Assembly: GCA_036524475.1 (NCBI GenBank)
Contig: DATDCF010000246.1
Span: 1-36,596, forward strand
Direction of reading: 5' to 3'
DNA: 36,596 bases
Source of the DNA: Acidimicrobiia bacterium
GTDB taxonomy: Bacteria; Actinomycetota; Acidimicrobiia; Spongiisociales; ZC4RG35
This document shows, in pieces, positions 35,875 through 36,596 of this stretch. The position numbers and the translations under genes were made by a program. The notes under the pieces are model-generated. The model did no database searches and was not told the DNA's origin. It saw only the letters and a list, made by a program, of their open reading frames with translations. Numbering within the stretch: the first letter of the stretch is position 1; each line of letters begins with the position of its first letter.

Positions 35875-36155
35875 AGAAATTTGTGTTCATGTACGAAGGC
35901 ACGTGGGAATACACAGACGAGGCAAAAGCAGCGTGGGGAGCCTGGTTCGCTTCAGTGGGTGAGAGCATGATCGATGGGGGAAATCCACTCGGTGCTGGGG
36001 TCAGGGTCACCCGGGACGGTCAGGAAGAACTGGTCGGATCACCCATTACCGGGTATTCCATTTTCTCGGCCGAGGACCTTGATGCGGCGCTGAAACTGCT
36101 CGAGGATTGTCCGATCATCGACGGAGTGAGGGTATACGAAGCGATGAGCATGTGA
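35871..36155 (+). CDS. YCII-related (dimeric alpha/beta-barrel) small protein
   Basis: 94-aa ORF with ATGA overlap with the ArsR gene. The pattern MKKFVFMYEG...PITGYSIFSAEDLDAALKLLEDCPIIDGVRVYEAM resembles the YCII superfamily. The family call is made from memory of that pattern. Confidence 0.65.
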   Translation: MKKFVFMYEGTWEYTDEAKAAWGAWFASVGESMIDGGNPLGAGVRVTRDGQEELVGSPITGYSIFSAEDLDAALKLLEDCPIIDGVRVYEAMSM

Positions 36156-36173
36156 ATGGAGAGCCAGTCACCG

Positions 36174-36211
36174 AAAAAACAACGGGCCCCGAAGGGCCCG
36201 TTGTTTTGTTT
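36174..36211. terminator. bidirectional intrinsic terminator
   Basis: AAAAAACAACGGGCCC-CGAA-GGGCCCGTTGTTTTGTTT. The perfect stem is up to 14 bp with a GC-rich core and a CGAA loop. It is flanked by a T-run on the + strand and by TTTTTT on the - strand, and it sits between two convergent genes. Confidence 0.88.
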
Positions 36212-36225
36212 GAGGAGGAGTGAGT

Positions 36226-36596
36226 TCAGGAAGTCTTGGCTTTGGGGGCCGCAGCTTCTGAGGCCGAAGCCTTCGAGGCCGAAGCCTTGGAGGCCGAAGC
36301 CTTCTTGGCGGCGGGCTTGGCCGACTCGGTCGCCGGGCGGAAGGATGCACGCCACGTGGCGAGCATGTCCTCCAACTGGGTGCGCAGTTTGCCCACCTGC
36401 TCCTGGACCTGGTCGAGATCTACCTTGGCGGTGATCTCTTCGACCGTCTTGTTGTCCGATACCCGGGCAACGACCTTTTCACCTTCGCTGGCCCAGGTCT
36501 CGAAAGCCTTGCCTGCGACCTTGGTGTAGTCGGCGGTCTCTTCATTGATCTTGACTTTGAGGTCACCGACTTTGCCGGTGACTTTGCGGGCGGCAA
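36226..36596 (-). CDS. coiled-coil protein with Lys/Ala/Ser-rich C-terminal tail (HbhA-like), 5' end off the window
   Basis: My own translation of the minus strand: ...KVTGKVGDLKVKINEETADYTKVAGKAFETWASEGEKVVARVSDNKTVEEITAKVDLDQVQEQVGKLRTQLEDMLATWRASFRPATESAKPAAKKASASKASASKASASEAAAPKAKTS*. The architecture resembles actinobacterial heparin-binding-hemagglutinin-type proteins. It is absent from the ORF track because it lacks a start inside the window. Confidence 0.7.
   Translation of the reverse strand, partial: AARKVTGKVGDLKVKINEETADYTKVAGKAFETWASEGEKVVARVSDNKTVEEITAKVDLDQVQEQVGKLRTQLEDMLATWRASFRPATESAKPAAKKASASKASASKASASEAAAPKAKTS
36260..36304. repeat. 15-nt tandem repeat x3 (GAGGCCGAAGCCTTC/G)
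   Basis: Read directly from the sequence. It encodes the (KASAS)x3 part of the basic tail of the HbhA-like protein on the minus strand. Confidence 0.9.

Noticed and set aside
1-36596. Searched by eye for defence systems, toxin-antitoxin pairs, prophage or integrase genes, transposases, CRISPR repeats and compositional islands.
   Set aside because: None found. All sizeable ORFs are housekeeping enzymes, respiratory components or membrane proteins and lipoproteins embedded in operons. I noticed no abrupt change in base composition.

Overview
GC-rich bacterial chromosomal segment. The gene content points to Actinomycetota, possibly an Acidimicrobiia-like lineage: F420-type LLM oxidoreductase, GlnE, HbhA-like protein, caa3 oxidase, many GTG/TTG starts. 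This taxonomic placement is inference only. The window is densely coding core genome. I saw no transposase or integrase genes, CRISPR arrays, rRNA or tRNA genes.

The centre is an unbroken minus-strand run of 13 genes (20895 down to 10690). Most of its junctions are start/stop overlaps, and the largest gaps are 25 and 15 nt. In transcription order it encodes:
- a lipoprotein, a polytopic membrane protein and an unannotated 47-aa mini-protein
- ctaB
- a thioredoxin-fold lipoprotein
- caa3-type cytochrome c oxidase subunits II, I, III and IV
- a small lipoprotein
- a class-V aminotransferase and a 2-hydroxyacid dehydrogenase

Other genes:
- DNA and nucleic-acid enzymes: FEN-like 5'-3' exonuclease, Tag, GreA
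- sulfur-related: SseA-type sulfurtransferase, a sulfite-oxidase-family Mo enzyme
- other enzymes: GCS2 ligase, LLM oxidoreductase, Lgt, penicillin-acylase-family hydrolase, NadE, GlnE, M20 amidohydrolase, an M23 peptidase with a 21-nt tandem-repeat linker
- transport and regulation: MgtE, an ArsR/YCII pair

The most notable observation is that selD (selenophosphate synthetase) is a selenoprotein gene. The ORF track truncates it at an in-frame TGA that lies exactly at the catalytic Cys/Sec position, and a SECIS-like hairpin follows directly.

Other points worth follow-up:
- the uncharacterised lipoprotein / membrane protein / mini-protein module at the head of the oxidase cluster, where signal-peptide cleavage is predicted to expose an N-terminal His
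- a GC-rich palindromic repeat found immediately after two stop codons 8 kb apart
- a perfect 7-4-7 inverted repeat upstream of the ArsR gene

I found no convincing evidence of a defence or mobile system.
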